Part shown: positions 1-13,772 of the stretch, in pieces
How the letters are laid out: each line of letters opens with the position of its first letter
Position numbering within the stretch: position 1 is the stretch's first letter
DNA from: Eledone cirrhosa
Lineage: Eukaryota
Length of the DNA stretch: 64,000 bases
Assembly (NCBI GenBank): GCA_964016885.1
Contig: OZ024749.1
Coordinates: 47,554,001-47,618,000, forward strand
Reading direction: 5' to 3'
Notes under the pieces: generated by a model
What the model was told of the DNA's origin: nothing
What the model saw: the letters and a program-made list of their open reading frames with translations, nothing else
Databases searched by the model: none
Made by a program: the position numbers and the translations under genes

Positions 1-1628
1 GTATATATACCGTATAGTGGTCCCAAAGTACAACTTCCTCGTTAAACCCAAAATACTCAAACAACAAACAAAAACCTATGAATCGAGAACAAGCTGCAAG
101 GACCTGAGAAATAAGACAATAAAACACTATATCAATTTAAGCTACAGCAGCATTAAATATTAAGCATACCAAATAGTGTACTAATTGTTAATTCAACATA
201 TTTAAAAGACTTCTTGTAAAACACATTACTCTGACATATCGCTGCAAATATCGCTGCAAATATGTCAAATATATACAAATGTCTATTAGTATGTGATTTC
301 TATTGACAGTGATGTCTACAAGACATGGATCATTCTCGTATGTACGTTATATATAGTATTTACAAAAGACGCTGTACAAGAAATAACACAGGACGGACAT
401 TCATAGAATATTAACACAAGGTATATTGTAAACGTTTGACAACTCAGATGATTGAATGACAGAAATAAAAAAAAATGTTTACCTTACCTATGAATACTAT
501 AAATGAATATTCTGAAATGCTCTCATGAAATACTATACATGACAAAATATGTAAACTAGCGTAAATCCCAAGAAAAAGCACAGAACAAGGCAAACACACA
601 GTCGAGCACAAGTACACCCCTTACCAATTTCTATATGTATGAATATAACAAGTATAGTTGTGCAACAAATCCAAATTAAACATCAGAATAATGCCACAAA
701 TAACTTAGCAACAAGCTTTGAAATACCCTTACCAAAACGAAGTATTATTTACATCAAATACGTTTTCAAAAAAGAAGTGTATAGTCCATGACAGTTTGTA
801 ATCTATGATTACAATGATTAAAACACAATTCCTTATTAGCTCACAAATTATCCAAGCGTAAATCAAATTAGGTTATATAATTTAGTGAAGAGAGCTGTTG
901 AAAGAAATTGCCAAACAGTTATCAAATTACTGAAATGATTTTAACAATACTCGCCCCACATTTTTTAGCCAGGTACGGCTTGCCTAATCCCACACGCAAG
1001 CACAGACAGACACACGGAGAAAGGAAAGAGACACACAGACACACAAGTACCCAGAGACAGACACTCAAACGCAGAGACACAGAGCACACACATACACACA
1101 CACACAAACACATACAGACACACCCACACACACATACACATACACATGAACGGAGGTATCCATGTAAATTTAAATAATTTGTCACATAAATACATCATTA
1201 ACACCAAATACCATGGAGTATATTGATTGTAAGGCTATTTGTGATGAAATATTTTAGCGGCGTATCTTTATGTTAGCTATAAGATTCGTTTTACCAATGC
1301 GAAGTGCGCACTGTAAACTTGAATAAAATGTTTGGATATCCCCATGTACAATTCTACCAAGAGAAAACCTGTGGATATTTATTTATGGGTATTTCAATTC
1401 GTATTTATTACTATAGTAATCTAATTGAGTTTGTATTAAATTTCATATTTACAGAGGTTGCTGTTAGGAGTATTAACTAGGTTAGTGTTAGTGTGTGTGA
1501 AAGATAATGTTCATGTATTTCTGAAAATGTTACATGGCACATTGGAAAATACACATATATATATATATATGGGGGGTGCGTGTGCGTGTGTGCGTATATA
1601 TGTATGTGTGTGTGTGCGTATGTATGTG

Positions 1629-1675
<47 letters not shown>

Positions 1676-1787
1676 ATGTGTGTGTGTGTGTGTGTGCGCG
1701 CGCGCGTGCGTGAGTGTGTGTAAAACTGGAGGTTAAATAGGCCTTGCATTTATATATATCATTTTGATTGAACCAAATACCGTTATG

Positions 1788-1840
1788 CTTTGCCTTTCAT
1801 CCTACAAACGCCGATAAAATAAAGGACCAGTAATGCACTT
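1788..1840 (+). mobile_element. tRNA-derived SINE, central-domain fragment
   Basis: ctttgcctttcatcc...gataaaataaaggaccagtaatgcact matches the core of the fuller SINE copies in this window. Confidence 0.7.
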
Positions 1841-2200
1841 GCGTCGATTTAATTACAGTTTTAATTACAATGCATATCGAATATATTTTTGCCGACCATA
1901 CGATGTACCACTAATTACAATTTTGAGAAACCAAAATATGTTATGAGACTATAGAGATTGAATGTTGTGAAAATATAAAGAATACAGTAACATGTTAAAT
2001 ATTTGTAAATCACATATTTACATGTCCTGGACTTTCCTCACTTTTGCAATATCGAGTGATAATTACAATGGTTTAGGATTTGAAATGTGACATTTTATGC
2101 GCTGGAAAAATGAAATGTTTACAGAAATTTTCCATTCATTCTTTAATTGCATATCTAGGTAAATTAACCCTCATTAACCAAACAAATGAAGACTTAATCC

Positions 2201-2335
2201 TACGGCCCTTGCCATTCTGAGTTCAAATCACGCCGAGGTTAACTTTGCCTTTCATCCTTACGGTGTCGATAAAATAAAGTACCAGTAATGTACTGGGTAA
2301 TTTCTGGCCTTGTGCCAATAGTAGAAACAATTATT
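2201..2335 (+). mobile_element. tRNA-derived SINE, 5'-truncated
   Basis: B box gagttcaaatc, core aactttgcctttcatccttacggtgtcgataaaataaagtaccagt, 3' end gtagaaacaattatt. Confidence 0.85.
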
Positions 2336-3050
2336 GTAAGATCATTGATGTATTCTCCTTACATGCATAATCATTTGCTATATGGCTATATGCATACATA
2401 TACATTACATATTAATCTATATATTAACACATCTAGCCATCTTTTCACGTACATAAATACACACACACACACACACACACACATTTACACACACACAAAG
2501 AAAAACGGAAAAGCAAGCACAAACACACACACACATGAACGTATACGTTAAACAACACAAGAATTTAACCACAATATGTTGAACTTGCTTTTGATTTTAA
2601 AACATTGTTTTTATTGACTCGTTTTTTTGTCTTCCATGATTTATCTATCGACAGCTGTATATGTTTCTTAAAGGTACACTGTAGTAGATACCTCTCCTAG
2701 TAGGGCATGGCTTACAAAGATTATAATGATGTTAGAATTTATTAAAAAATTGAATATATAACTAAATGGATATCAAGCACTTATATTCTTAACTACGTTT
2801 ATCGCAACATAATTATCCAAGATTGGCTTGCTAATAATCTTCATTTATTCACTTTTCATTATGGCTCATATCTTCCTACATTGCCATTATCATCTCAAGA
2901 TGTCTGCAAAATACGGATTGTTCATTAACGGCAAATTTAAAACCTGTATATATATATAAGTAGAAGGGATATTTAATTTGCTTGAAATTCAACAAATATA
3001 AATGTTTATAACTAATTCAGTGCATCGATAAATTTCTGGAGTAAATATTC

Positions 3051-3360
3051 AATGGAAACTACATTTATAAAACAATATTTATTCTATTATATATAGTTCA
3101 AGGGGACCAAAAACTTTGGTACGCTTTCAGCCGATATAATACAAAGAGTGTTTTATAAATTTTGACATAGCCAAGGAAACATACCAACATTTAATTGACT
3201 ACCCTAGGAAAATTCAACTGATAAAAGTATGTTTCCTTGGCTATGTCAAAATGTATACAACCCTCTTTGTATTTTATGTGATGAAAGCGTACCAAAGATT
3301 TTGGTAACCTTGAAATATATATAATAAAATAAATATGGTTTTATAACTATAGTTTCCATT
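3051..3360. mobile_element. Fold-back element (family A, PLE pLTR-like) with about 134-bp inverted arms
   Basis: 3051-3184 is a diverged reverse complement of 3227-3360; (TA)n follows; related copies near 30330-30450 and 46610-46720. Confidence 0.8.
3271..3330 (+). ncRNA. Type I hammerhead ribozyme motif, family A, C3G core mutation
   Basis: attttat-GTGATGA-aagcgtaccaaa gat tttggtaacctt-GAAA-tatata-TA-ataaaat: 7-bp stem I, paired stem II, palindromic stem III. Confidence 0.7.
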
Positions 3361-3371
3361 TATTTAATATC

Positions 3372-3428
<57 letters not shown>

Positions 3429-3487
3429 CAAGGCTCTGATACCATCAACACTATAAACACAGAGATGGCATATCTAAGCTCTGACTA

Positions 3488-3543
3488 ACTGCCTGATGAG
3501 GTCATAGCCATTCAATGGCTATCATCGAAATGTATATAGCAGT
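3488..3543 (+). ncRNA. Type I hammerhead ribozyme motif, family D, intact core
   Basis: actgc-CTGATGA-ggtcatagcca ttcaa tggctatcatc-GAAA-tgtata-TA-gcagt; second copy at 47700-47754. Confidence 0.85.
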
Positions 3544-3687
3544 AAATAAAGGATTATGAGTTCATGGAACTGACTTATATATATATATATATACGTTATT
3601 CCGGGTTGAATCGGAGGTAACCACAGTAAGTAAGGTACTCAGTACATAGCAGGATACACAAGTTTTAATATAGATGAGATTATGCAG

Positions 3688-3726
3688 GACTAGAACTCTT
3701 TCATTCTTTAGAAATCATCAGTAATC
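3688..3726 (-). ncRNA. Minimal type I hammerhead motif, family C
   Basis: Minus strand gatta-CTGATGA-tttc taaa gaat-GAAA-gagt-TC-tagtc; inverted copy at 4753-4793. Confidence 0.65.
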
Positions 3727-3929
3727 TGGGTATCAACAAATAAATATGGTATTTATAGGTCTCTTCAGGTAGTAGCAGTGGGTGGGGTGTGGGGTGGGTA
3801 GAGGTCATTGGATGATAGAAAAGGGAATTCATTAAAGCTCTAATTCTATCATGCATGATAGAATTATGTGTCTCAACAACAAACTTTTGACCAATCCTTG
3901 TGACAATCACTTTTACCATATATGGAATT

Positions 3930-4025
3930 ACCCCCTGAGAAGCTCGGCTATTCATATACCAGGATAAAAATGTTCATTTAGTCCAGAACTAGCCGTCGAA
4001 ACGGCTTGAGGTCAGCCGTCGGGGT
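3930..4025 (+). ncRNA. Type I hammerhead motif with extended stem II, family B
   Basis: acccc-CTGAGAA-gctcggcta...tagccgtc-GAAA-cggcttgaggtcagccg-TC-ggggt; the copy at 42592 has TTGAGAA. Confidence 0.65.
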
Positions 4026-4115
4026 CCTACTCGTTCCTATTACCCACTCTACTACCGTAAGTATTGAGTACTTGGTGCGTTATGGTCCACCTAGTTCCTT
4101 ACCACATTTTCTTCG

Positions 4116-4234
<119 letters not shown>

Positions 4235-4326
4235 TATATGTACATATATATATATATATACAAATAAGTACTCATAAATATACGCATATACACAGGCACA
4301 TAAAAACAGCTCTACAAGCAGAAAAT

Positions 4327-4611
4327 GCAGTTCGGGAAGAGTTCATAGAGTTTGTTCAGTAGCGGGCCCTAAGCGAATAAAATTTAGTCGCTCTCTGAGA
4401 TACAAAGGTCGAGCCCTTTGTCCTCCGTTTTACAGCGCGGTTTCTGGAGTATTTTCCATTTAAGCGTGGAGGGCGTGGAGTTCCTTTTGAGGTCCCAAAC
4501 ATAGGAGGCGATTGTTGTCTGGTTTGATTTGTCCGGTCATCTGAATGAGTGGGTATGAGCATACCAACGGGTCGTAAAGTTATTGGAACTCATGCCGATG
4601 TAAGTCTTTTC
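4327..4611 (-). pseudogene. GIY-YIG endonuclease C-terminal half of a Penelope-like (Naiad-type) retroelement, 3 in-frame stops
   Basis: One frame reads [92 protein letters not shown], matching the PLE pattern YIG...F..R...H..SF...T.LS.Y.W.LK...W.IL...LC..E...LLNK..EL...C; not in the ORF track. Confidence 0.85.
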
Positions 4612-4752
4612 TAAATATAATTTATAACTTTAAAGAATTAGCTTTTAATGAATTCCCCTTTCTATTAACCAATGTCCTGTACTTATCCCCCTCCCCATCC
4701 TCACCTACCACCTGAGGAGACCCATAAATACCATATTTATTTTTTGATACCC

Positions 4753-4793
4753 GGATTCCTGATGATTTCCAAAGAATGAAACAGTTCTAGTCC
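4753..4793 (+). ncRNA. Minimal type I hammerhead motif, family C
   Basis: ggattc-CTGATGA-tttc caaa gaat-GAAA-cagt-TC-tagtcc; lies within 4640-4818, an inverted copy of about 3662-3845. Confidence 0.6.
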
Positions 4794-4834
4794 TGTAGAA
4801 TCTCATCTATATTAAAACTATATATATATATATA

Positions 4835-4904
<70 letters not shown>

Positions 4905-4905
<1 letters not shown>

Positions 4906-5115
4906 GAACGAGTAGGACCCCGACGGCTGAGCTCAAGCCGTTTCGACGGCTAATTGTGGACTTAAACAAATGTTTTTTAGTCCAGAATTAGCAGTCTAAA
5001 CGGCTTGACCTCAGCCGTCCGGGTCCTACTCGTTCCTATTACCCACTCAACTACCCTAGGTATTGTGTACTTTGGTGCGTTATGGTCCATCAGGTTCCTT
5101 ACCACATTTCCTTCG

Positions 5116-5118
<3 letters not shown>
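4905..5118. mobile_element. Family B element: inverted partial copy plus forward copy between (TA)n tracts
   Basis: gaacgagtaggaccccgacggctgagctcaagccgtttcgacggctaatt is the reverse complement of the 3990-4037 type sequence; forward copy 4970-5118 is similar to 3970-4118. Confidence 0.8.
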
Positions 5119-5182
<64 letters not shown>

Positions 5183-5389
5183 GACGTATGTTAAATTATA
5201 CATTTGTGTGGCATATTCCTATGGAGATGCCCGAAAGCATCTATTTTCATTGTAATGTAGGATTTGTGCCATAATAAATATGTCTATCTCGAAGTCAAAT
5301 ATAGCATCCATTGTTGTCTATAAATGTACAGACAATGTATTTCTCTATTTATCACAAAATATATATATAGTTTTGCGAGGTTTTTTATT

Positions 5390-5525
5390 GGCAACATTGA
5401 GGACCGAGTAAGTTAGATTACCGATATAAAAGACACAGAAGCGAGCAGCGAAAACCAACCAAACAGTGAGTGTGTTCTGTTATTAATTCTGGCAATATTA
5501 CACAAATATGACCCTCCCCAAGTAT

Positions 5526-5530
<5 letters not shown>
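5390..5530 (+). repeat. Dispersed repeat abutting (TA)n, same family as 54876-55380
   Basis: gcgaaaaccaaccaaacagtgagtgtgttctgttattaattctggcaatattacacaaatatgaccctc recurs at 55297-55365 and inverted at 54880-55008. Confidence 0.8.
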
Positions 5531-5582
<52 letters not shown>

Positions 5583-5698
5583 CATATAATTGAAAAGAAA
5601 AAATATGTACACCAACATGACATTTAATTTCGCTGTAAATAATATTCGTTTGAATAGACGTAATTGTAGTACAGATTAGAATACACCAGATACATAAT

Positions 5699-5876
5699 TG
5701 TTTCTACTTTAGGCACAAGGCCAGCAAATAACCAGTGCATTACTGGTACTTCATTTTATCGCCTCGTAAGAATGAAAGGCACAGTCAACCTCGGCTGAAT
5801 TTGAACTCAGATCGTAAAGGGACGTAACTATGCTGGAAAGCATGGCGTCCGACCTCCTACCGATACTGCCAATCCA
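5699..5876 (-). mobile_element. Near full-length tRNA-derived SINE with 16-bp TSD
   Basis: A/B boxes and core on the minus strand; TSD acacc(a/g)gatacataat at 5683-5698 and 5879-5894. Confidence 0.9.
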
Positions 5877-7657
5877 CAACACCGGATACATAATGACAGG
5901 CACCCTCCCACAAACACCATATACATATAAACGTCCTGGGAGTAGCGTCTCATGAAATACAACAATACCACTAACATATAAACGACGAATAGTTGCATCT
6001 GTCACACGTCAATCATTTGAACACTTTTTCAATCGTTTCAAGCATTTTATATACATTTTATTTCATGTAACCTAATATTAGATGCAAAATACTGCCTGAA
6101 GGGCCCATGTCAGCGTAATATAATCATTTTCAGATACCACGGAAATGCGCATAAAATTAAATTTATTATATAATAGCATAATCCTGTCTTCATATACAAC
6201 GCATATATATATATATATATATATATGCGTATCTGTGTGTGTCTTGTACTGTTTTAAATATTGTACGCATGTGCCATATATGATTGTGCTTATTTTGGTG
6301 TTACAGGGAGATAGAGAGAGAGAGGGGGGGGATTATTCATCGCTACATACGTGCTGGTGTGCGTTGCGGAAAATCGATATTTATTTTATTCTGCATAGTT
6401 AATGACCTTCAACTCAATAAACGGAATATACTGAATGCTGTCAATTGCAGCCAGAATGAATGATCCAATATATGAGAATAAATCTAACAAAGGTTTGGCG
6501 TTTCCTAATCAGCATAAATGATGCCATTTCAAATATAATAGTTATAAAGGTGAAACCATCCATAAAAGTCAAATACTTTAGTGTAAGATAAGTGACTTGA
6601 AGAAATCATTCGGAACACTATTTACTACTTGCCATTTCATGGATAAACCATTTTCTGCATTTAACGGAGTATCTATTAAAAAAATGATAAATCTGGTGTT
6701 GATTCCGTTTTGCACTAAATTAATAAAAGTCATTCAGTATGTACGCAAATGTTTCTAGCAAATAATAAATGTCATATCTATAAAATGAGATAGATAATGA
6801 GGAAGAAAGCAGGATAAATATAAATAGAAACATGAAATGGAAATAAAAGGGAATAGCGAAATTAGTATATAAAGTCATGAGTAAGAGACAAACGTGAATT
6901 CGAATGAATGCGTGAAAGCATCATGAGTAATTATTTAAAACAAAGTTGAGAATCATATTGACACACTTATCACGTATAGTTTTGTATGAATTATTTCTTT
7001 TAATGATTTATCACTTTGTCGATAGGTCACTACTCCTGAAAGAGTTGTTCTGATGTAATTCACAGCGACATTAGATTCACTGGAATATAATTGGTGAGTA
7101 ATTCCTTATATGATGAATAATAGAAAATAAGAAATCAGAGCAACGAAACCAGTAATGTTTGAACATGGAATATTTAAGAAAAATTTATCAGGAATAAATA
7201 AATAAAAAAAATGCAAAATATTTTTCATAAATGTTCTAGCATGTCTACTATAAAAAAGAAGCAGTGATTCTGCGCATATATCTGAGATGGATGGATAAAA
7301 ATATGTTATGATATAAAAACATGGTGTAGGTCGACATTCTATACTGGGGTGGAAATGAAGGAGATGATTTCTCCGGAAATACTTACAGTATGCCTGTAAG
7401 TTTTGATATTTATTATTACTACTCTCATTCCAGCTGTACACTAATTCGTGTTTCTTTTTATTGTTTTGATTTTAAGGAATGTAGGGAAGTAAATATCCCG
7501 GAGACAAACGTGCAAATTGGCACATTTACACATGATAATTAAGTACATCAGATAATTGACTATGTATGTATGACACAAATATCGACTATTGATGTATTGC
7601 AACATAAAATAGACATCTTTAGGATAAAAACAGTACGTCGGATACAAATATTCGCCG

Positions 7658-7697
7658 TATACATATTATGTTTCATACAATATGTTTGTCGCGTAAG

Positions 7698-7739
<42 letters not shown>

Positions 7740-7779
7740 CTTACGCGACAAACATATTGTATGAAACATAATATGTATA
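7658..7779. repeat. Perfect inverted repeat (about 42-bp arms) centred on a (TA)n spacer
   Basis: tatacatattatgtttcatacaatatgtttgtcgcgtaagtta-(TA)n-taacttacgcgacaaacatattgtatgaaacataatatgtata. Confidence 0.9.
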
Positions 7780-7783
7780 TACA

Positions 7784-7849
<66 letters not shown>

Positions 7850-7970
7850 TCCCTTTACGATCTGAGTTCAAATGCCGCCGAGGTTGACTTTGCCGTTCAT
7901 CCTTACGGGGTCGATAAAATAAAGTACCAGTAATGAACTACTAAAGTAGAAACAATTATTATTATTATTA
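7850..7970 (+). mobile_element. tRNA-derived SINE, truncated, (TTA)n tail
   Basis: tctgagttcaaatgccgccgaggttgactttgccgttcatccttacggggtcgataaaataaagtaccag...gtagaaacaattattatta. Confidence 0.85.
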
Positions 7971-9378
7971 TCGCTTGTACTACCGATATACGGGCTTCTA
8001 TCTCGCACCGAAATGTTCAAAACATGTTCATTTCGAAATATGCCATTAATTTATAGAAGAGAGAAGTGTGTCACCAATAAAAAAAATGGGAATCGCTACA
8101 TGGTAATGATTGATTCATTTGCCTCTGCTTGAAAACAAGATGTTGCTATAAAGAGCATGCATCAACAGAAATAATATATTAGTCTTAATTAATATAACAA
8201 ATCCAATAAATAAAAATGTATAATTTTACTCTCGTATTTGAGATCTCTAAATATGATTTAGAGATCTCAAATGCAACGATAATTAAACATTACTTACTAG
8301 AATTAATTATATGTTTATAAGATGAAGTTACTAATGATTGAGAAATATAGATTTAATGAGTTCCTCGACAAAAAGAAACAGGAATACATTGATTTCAACA
8401 CATTTGTTAAGTTTGACGTGTAAATATCATGCAGTTTGCAGGCGAAGAGATAAATTTGTTTAGTATTTTGTGGAATTACTTAATGTGGCGCGGTTTAGAA
8501 CGCAAATCTCAAATATGAATAGAATGCTTAGATACTCGTGAGGGTATTAATTTGCAAATTGCCACGTTTTGAATATTATGAGAGACATTGAAGATAAAAT
8601 ACAAAATCTACATTTTGTATTGAGTAACATTTTCTATATTTCATGAACATAGATAGTTCAATATTATATATAAACTTATAATGATTCGAGACCTGTCCAA
8701 AAATGTACAATTGCGCATAAACCACAATGATATACTGGAAACATCTTCCGATGCCATTTGAATTAAATCGCATTTATCATCTCATTGATATGTCTAAAGA
8801 TCTAATTAACACGATGTGCGACATGTTTCATATATATATATATATATATATATACATCCATGTATATCCATACAAGTGTTACCTGATAAGCGGTATTATA
8901 TTTTACTTATACATTTCAACTAATTCGGATAAACTAATTAATGTCTAATATGTTGAAAACATATTCAGTTCTTTGTAATTTAATTATGGATACATAATAC
9001 AAGATTATTTAAACATAGTAGATATGCTTACAAACTTTACGTGCTTCTTAATTTCCATTGTTTTTGTTGCAAATATTAGATTCTAATTTTTTGACGCTCA
9101 TGTTTCTTATTATATCTTTGTTTGTTTATCAACATCTGTTTCCGAAACCTATTCGAAATACGTCACATAGTTTTCTCTGATTTATATCAAATATAATTTC
9201 TATTCTATTAATATATAGGTGAATACAAGTATAATAGTGGTTAATATGATCGCATCATAATCCTGAATTCGTAAGTTAAAATCCATCTCCTGTGCCATTT
9301 ATCATGAATATAGTTACCAGGCTGCGTTATTCTTATCATCAATATAATCATTTCATCACACTGATCTCCTCTCTCACT

Positions 9379-9456
<78 letters not shown>

Positions 9457-9489
9457 TTGAGAGACAGGAGATTCGAGACGATAGTTGCA

Positions 9490-9760
9490 ATTTAGCTTGT
9501 TCAATTTCCTCCCTTTTTCTGATGACCGAATGTGCAACCAGGCGCCTTGTCCCAATTGTTCAAGCAGACCATGCAGATAATACATTGCTCTGCATCCATG
9601 ACTGCTTCATTGCATTTCCACTGATACATAGATTGCACTATTCATGCGTCTTTCCGAAGAAGAGAATCTACGTATTGGCAGACCATATTTTATCTCCTGA
9701 AATGCTTCTCTCGTATTAAATGAATACCTCATCGAATCATTTTTCTCTTGGTTTAGTGGG
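9490..9760 (-). pseudogene. Possible degenerate RLE-type (Hero/NeSL-like) non-LTR retrotransposon relic
   Basis: Higher-complexity island; minus frame QYVDSLLRKDA*IVQSMYQWKCNEAVMDAEQ...WDKA loosely resembles Hero-type QYRDS...GRKW.A.EAV..AES; recalled similarity only. Confidence 0.25.
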
Positions 9761-10416
9761 GATATTTAAAAACTTCTCCGACAGAACAGCAATGAAATGT
9801 GGGTGGATGATACCAGATGTTTGTGCCGTTGGAGCGTTCAAGATGGGTAGGAATATGTAGGAGTGGAACTTCAACCAATGGTTAGATCTTTTTTACGCTC
9901 TTTGCACTGAAGCTGTGATTTTGTTTCTACTAATTCGCATTTTGTATTCCAATTGACCAACATTATATCTACATGTAATACATATTTGAAAGTAATATTC
10001 TTTGAAATATAATTTCTTTTCAGAAAGCAGCGTAATCACTCACTTTTCTGTTATAGTTGAGTGAACAATTTAAATTATTTATGAAAATGTAGTTTGCTCT
10101 CAGAATTTAATGATACCGCGTGAAACATTTTCAATCTTTTCATCTTATTTTCACACGTTATTTAACAGCAGAGGAAATATTTTCATATGTTTAATAGAAA
10201 CCAAGATCTGATAGATGTATTTATACTATATTTATATTCATTAAATACATTAAAACATTTCATAATTCCAATATCCTCTAAATATATACATTAATACTAA
10301 ACAATTTATTTTACCACACAAGTGATAATGCTATACATCTTAGATATAATCAAAAACTAGTTATATTTCAATTTGTTTATTTTTAAATCACTTTGCTTTT
10401 TCTGACACAAAAATGG

Positions 10417-10462
10417 TCGATTACATTTGAATTACAGAATTCTGTAATTCAAATGTAATCGA
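10417..10462. repeat. Perfect 46-bp spacerless palindrome
   Basis: tcgattacatttgaattacagaattctgtaattcaaatgtaatcga; imperfect arms extend to about 10405-10473. Confidence 0.95.
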
Positions 10463-12409
10463 ACATTTTGTGTGCATTGATATCTCTATGGAATTGAATT
10501 TAGTAAGCCATAATAGTCATATGATTAATTATATTCAATAATATTTTTAAATGTTATTATGTATTGATGGTTTCAGATGTTACGTCATATTAAAAACTAA
10601 TGTCTAAAAGAATAATGGAATTACATTCATGTTTTTGTATACGCATGTCTCTATATGTGTGCGTAGCATGTGTTTGCTCTAAAAAAGACGGGTTTTCTGA
10701 GGTTTGAGGGTAATCAGTAAATGAGTGATGTAACTTAAGACTAATGATTAAATGATATATATTGTTCAATCTGGCTCTCTGAGAGAAATTAACATACATT
10801 ATGTATCTCGGAACAATATTTCATGAAGCGTAGTGAACACATCGATAACTTCACAATGATCAACCGAGCAGATTCCTTCGATATAAAATGACATATGATT
10901 TTATAAGCAATTTCATTGAAGCCGGCTTGAATCTAAATGAAATATCAAGTGATACAAAGCGACATTCTACTTTACATAAATGAGAAAGTTGGATGGTATG
11001 CAGTTAGTCGACCATTTGAATATAATAGATGTGAAACCTCCATTTACGTTCAATCGGTAGAAATAGGCGATAGATATAGAAATTCAAAAAAAATATTCAT
11101 ACCAAAGACTAGAACGAATGTATTGTGCCAATATTTCTGGCTCGGTTGGTACTAAACACTTAGTTAGATTTCAATAAATATGCTTGTATCATATCGGCAT
11201 GTGATTAAATGCATTTAAACTAAAATGTTGATTGGACAAAAAATACCTATCTTATTTAACGCGCTTTGATCTCACTAGGTCTTTTACGAAGCTCCCATGC
11301 ATTATTTTTTCAGAAACATGAGGTACGTTTATGGACAATAGTGCGATAAGATTTAATTCCTTCGGAAGCTAGAGAATGTGTTAAGTCATGTTTATAATAA
11401 TAGCAATATAATTGTAACTCTTATTATTATTAGTAGTAGTATTGTTATTATTTCTGTTAGTATCATTATGATTATATCGTATCACATATTATTAGTGAGA
11501 AGGCAAACTAGTAGACACATAAATAAACTATAATATTTCTACGTATGTCCTTTATATGAACTATATATAGTAGCAAACTCCATCAAATTTGCAGATTTCT
11601 ACTAATATGATTTTATTCTCATACACAACTACAAAACAGTACTTTAAGTATGTAAATGCTTCTTTATTTCGTATATTTATTTCCTATGTTTTTTCTACCA
11701 TTATCCAGTTTTAAATCAACTACTTGTTTGAACATCAAATACACACCTGCACGATGTCTCTTCTTCCAAATACCTTTTGGCACTTTTATTATTTTAATGG
11801 TACTGATGTGTATATAACAGTTTTGCAAATTAAGTTTCATATAATTAGCTCTATCCAACATATGCACATTCTAATTAGTTATAAACCATTTTTTTCACCG
11901 ACGAAATGCTATCACACCTGAAATATTATCGTGCCGTGTTTGTTCACATAATTTGAATTTAATTTTCGTGGTGATTGGTGAAACGAGTGAAGGGAATTTT
12001 AAATGAGAAATCTGCATGAAATAAAAAAAAAAATTAAAATAGTGATATAAGTTAGAATATAAGTTGTCTTGTATTAAATGAAATGCAATAAATATATATT
12101 GGAAATAGGTGCAGGCATTTTTGACATTCTAAATAATGAAACAAATTAACAAACACCTATCTACCTAAATGCGATGTGCAGCGGCAAACATATAAATTCC
12201 AACCAACAGTTCGGGTATACGTGTGTATGAAATACGGAAATAAGGCTTGAGCGTTTAAACATAGTTAAAACAACAACATGGTGATGGGGCAAATATAATC
12301 CGTTTTCTTTGAAATCAAATCATATGGCTGACGTAACATAAACATTAGAGACTCAGAAAATGATCGTAGTCACATTCCTGATGTTGTGCAGATGATGTTC
12401 TTCATAGTT

Positions 12410-12655
12410 TCAGTCCATTGCCATCTCGTTAAATGTGAAGACGAGTCTCATTTCTCATCAGGAAATGAACATGTGCCGTACCACACGTAATGCCCATGTC
12501 CTTTTAAACATAAAGTTCTAACAGAGAGTATTGAAAGTGAGGTGATACTTAAGGAAAGAACAATTGTTTCGTATATTTCGGCTGAGACGACAGGGTGATA
12601 TATCAGATAGTCAAAAGGATGGAACTCCACGTAGGTCTTTCACGCCTTTAAATCA
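12410..12655 (+). pseudogene. Possible highly degenerate Gypsy-like pol relic at the start of RT
   Basis: Broken frames VPYHT*...ESIESEVIL...AETTG*YIR and KDGTPRRSFTPLNQ resemble Gypsy VAHHT..VP.HW...LD.DV.LG...GEP..WC.RMV..KKDGTPRRTVD..PLN. Confidence 0.3.
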
Positions 12656-13075
12656 GACGCGCTACGCTAAGGACCTTACTAAGACTGAAGAAGACAGTAT
12701 ACACAAGGAATTGATTTAAGGAGAATTACAAAATAGTAAATCACTTAAAAATAACAAGAAACGTTTGAGTTGTGCTATGAAAGTGCAATTTATTTCCTCT
12801 ATAATAGATGCGGAAAAGTATGAAATCAATTCGATCGGATTGAATAAATATGTATCTGCGATGGTTGTGTGACAATTGAGACATGGAAAATCTAACATGC
12901 CATCTTGAAATGAGTAATAACTCCACTAGGTTCGACCTCAAACTCAGACTCCTTCGTGGCTGGACAAACAAGTTGATTATATGTCACATATGTAACATAA
13001 AGTGTAAAGACAGATACGCGTGCTGATTGGGACTAGGGCAATATTGAGGATATGGCATTATTCTGCAATTGTGTG

Positions 13076-13121
<46 letters not shown>

Positions 13122-13664
13122 CGACATGCTTAGATTTGTCGGAAATCAATCAATTTAAGTTAACTCCAAATCCCTTACAACATTCTGAAGAAGTCGAAAC
13201 ATGGACCTTAAATATATTTTGCTCATATGAATTTAATACCACGTGTGAAACCTTACGAAACAAATCTATAATCTGATACAGGTGATATCATATAAATACT
13301 ATTAAGTTACGACATTAAGTCAACGACGTTCATACGAAGATTAAATGGTTAAAGAAAATAAGTGGTTCCACAAATGCATACGTTATCAACTGCTGCATTG
13401 AACGTCGTGCACAACGTGTGTCGATGGAAATGGATGCGTTTGTGTAAATGTATCTATTACTGATATGTTATGTTTCAATTAGACAAGTGTTTAAGTAAAA
13501 GCGATAATATGATGCTATAGTAATACGTCTTCAAAATAAGATTTCTATTCCATTAGGTTGGATATATGATGCAACTTCATAAATAAAGTTTAACATTTTA
13601 AGTGTCAATTACACGTGCTGATACTGCATTATTACACCAACACTCTATATATGTACATATATAT

Positions 13665-13772
<108 letters not shown>

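Noticed and set aside
4537-4545. In-frame TGA in the Naiad-type endonuclease as selenocysteine
   Set aside because: It does not fall at a conserved Cys position, the same frame also has TAA and TAG stops, and I saw no SECIS; ordinary decay is the simpler explanation.
4356-4562. Track ORF MLIPTHSDDRTNQ...
   Set aside because: It is an off-frame reading of the GIY-YIG relic; the homologous frame is a different one and contains stops.
13168-13210. CTGAAGA-agtc-GAAAC as a hammerhead
   Set aside because: Only 4 nt separate the core halves and there is no convincing stem I or III; at best a deleted remnant.
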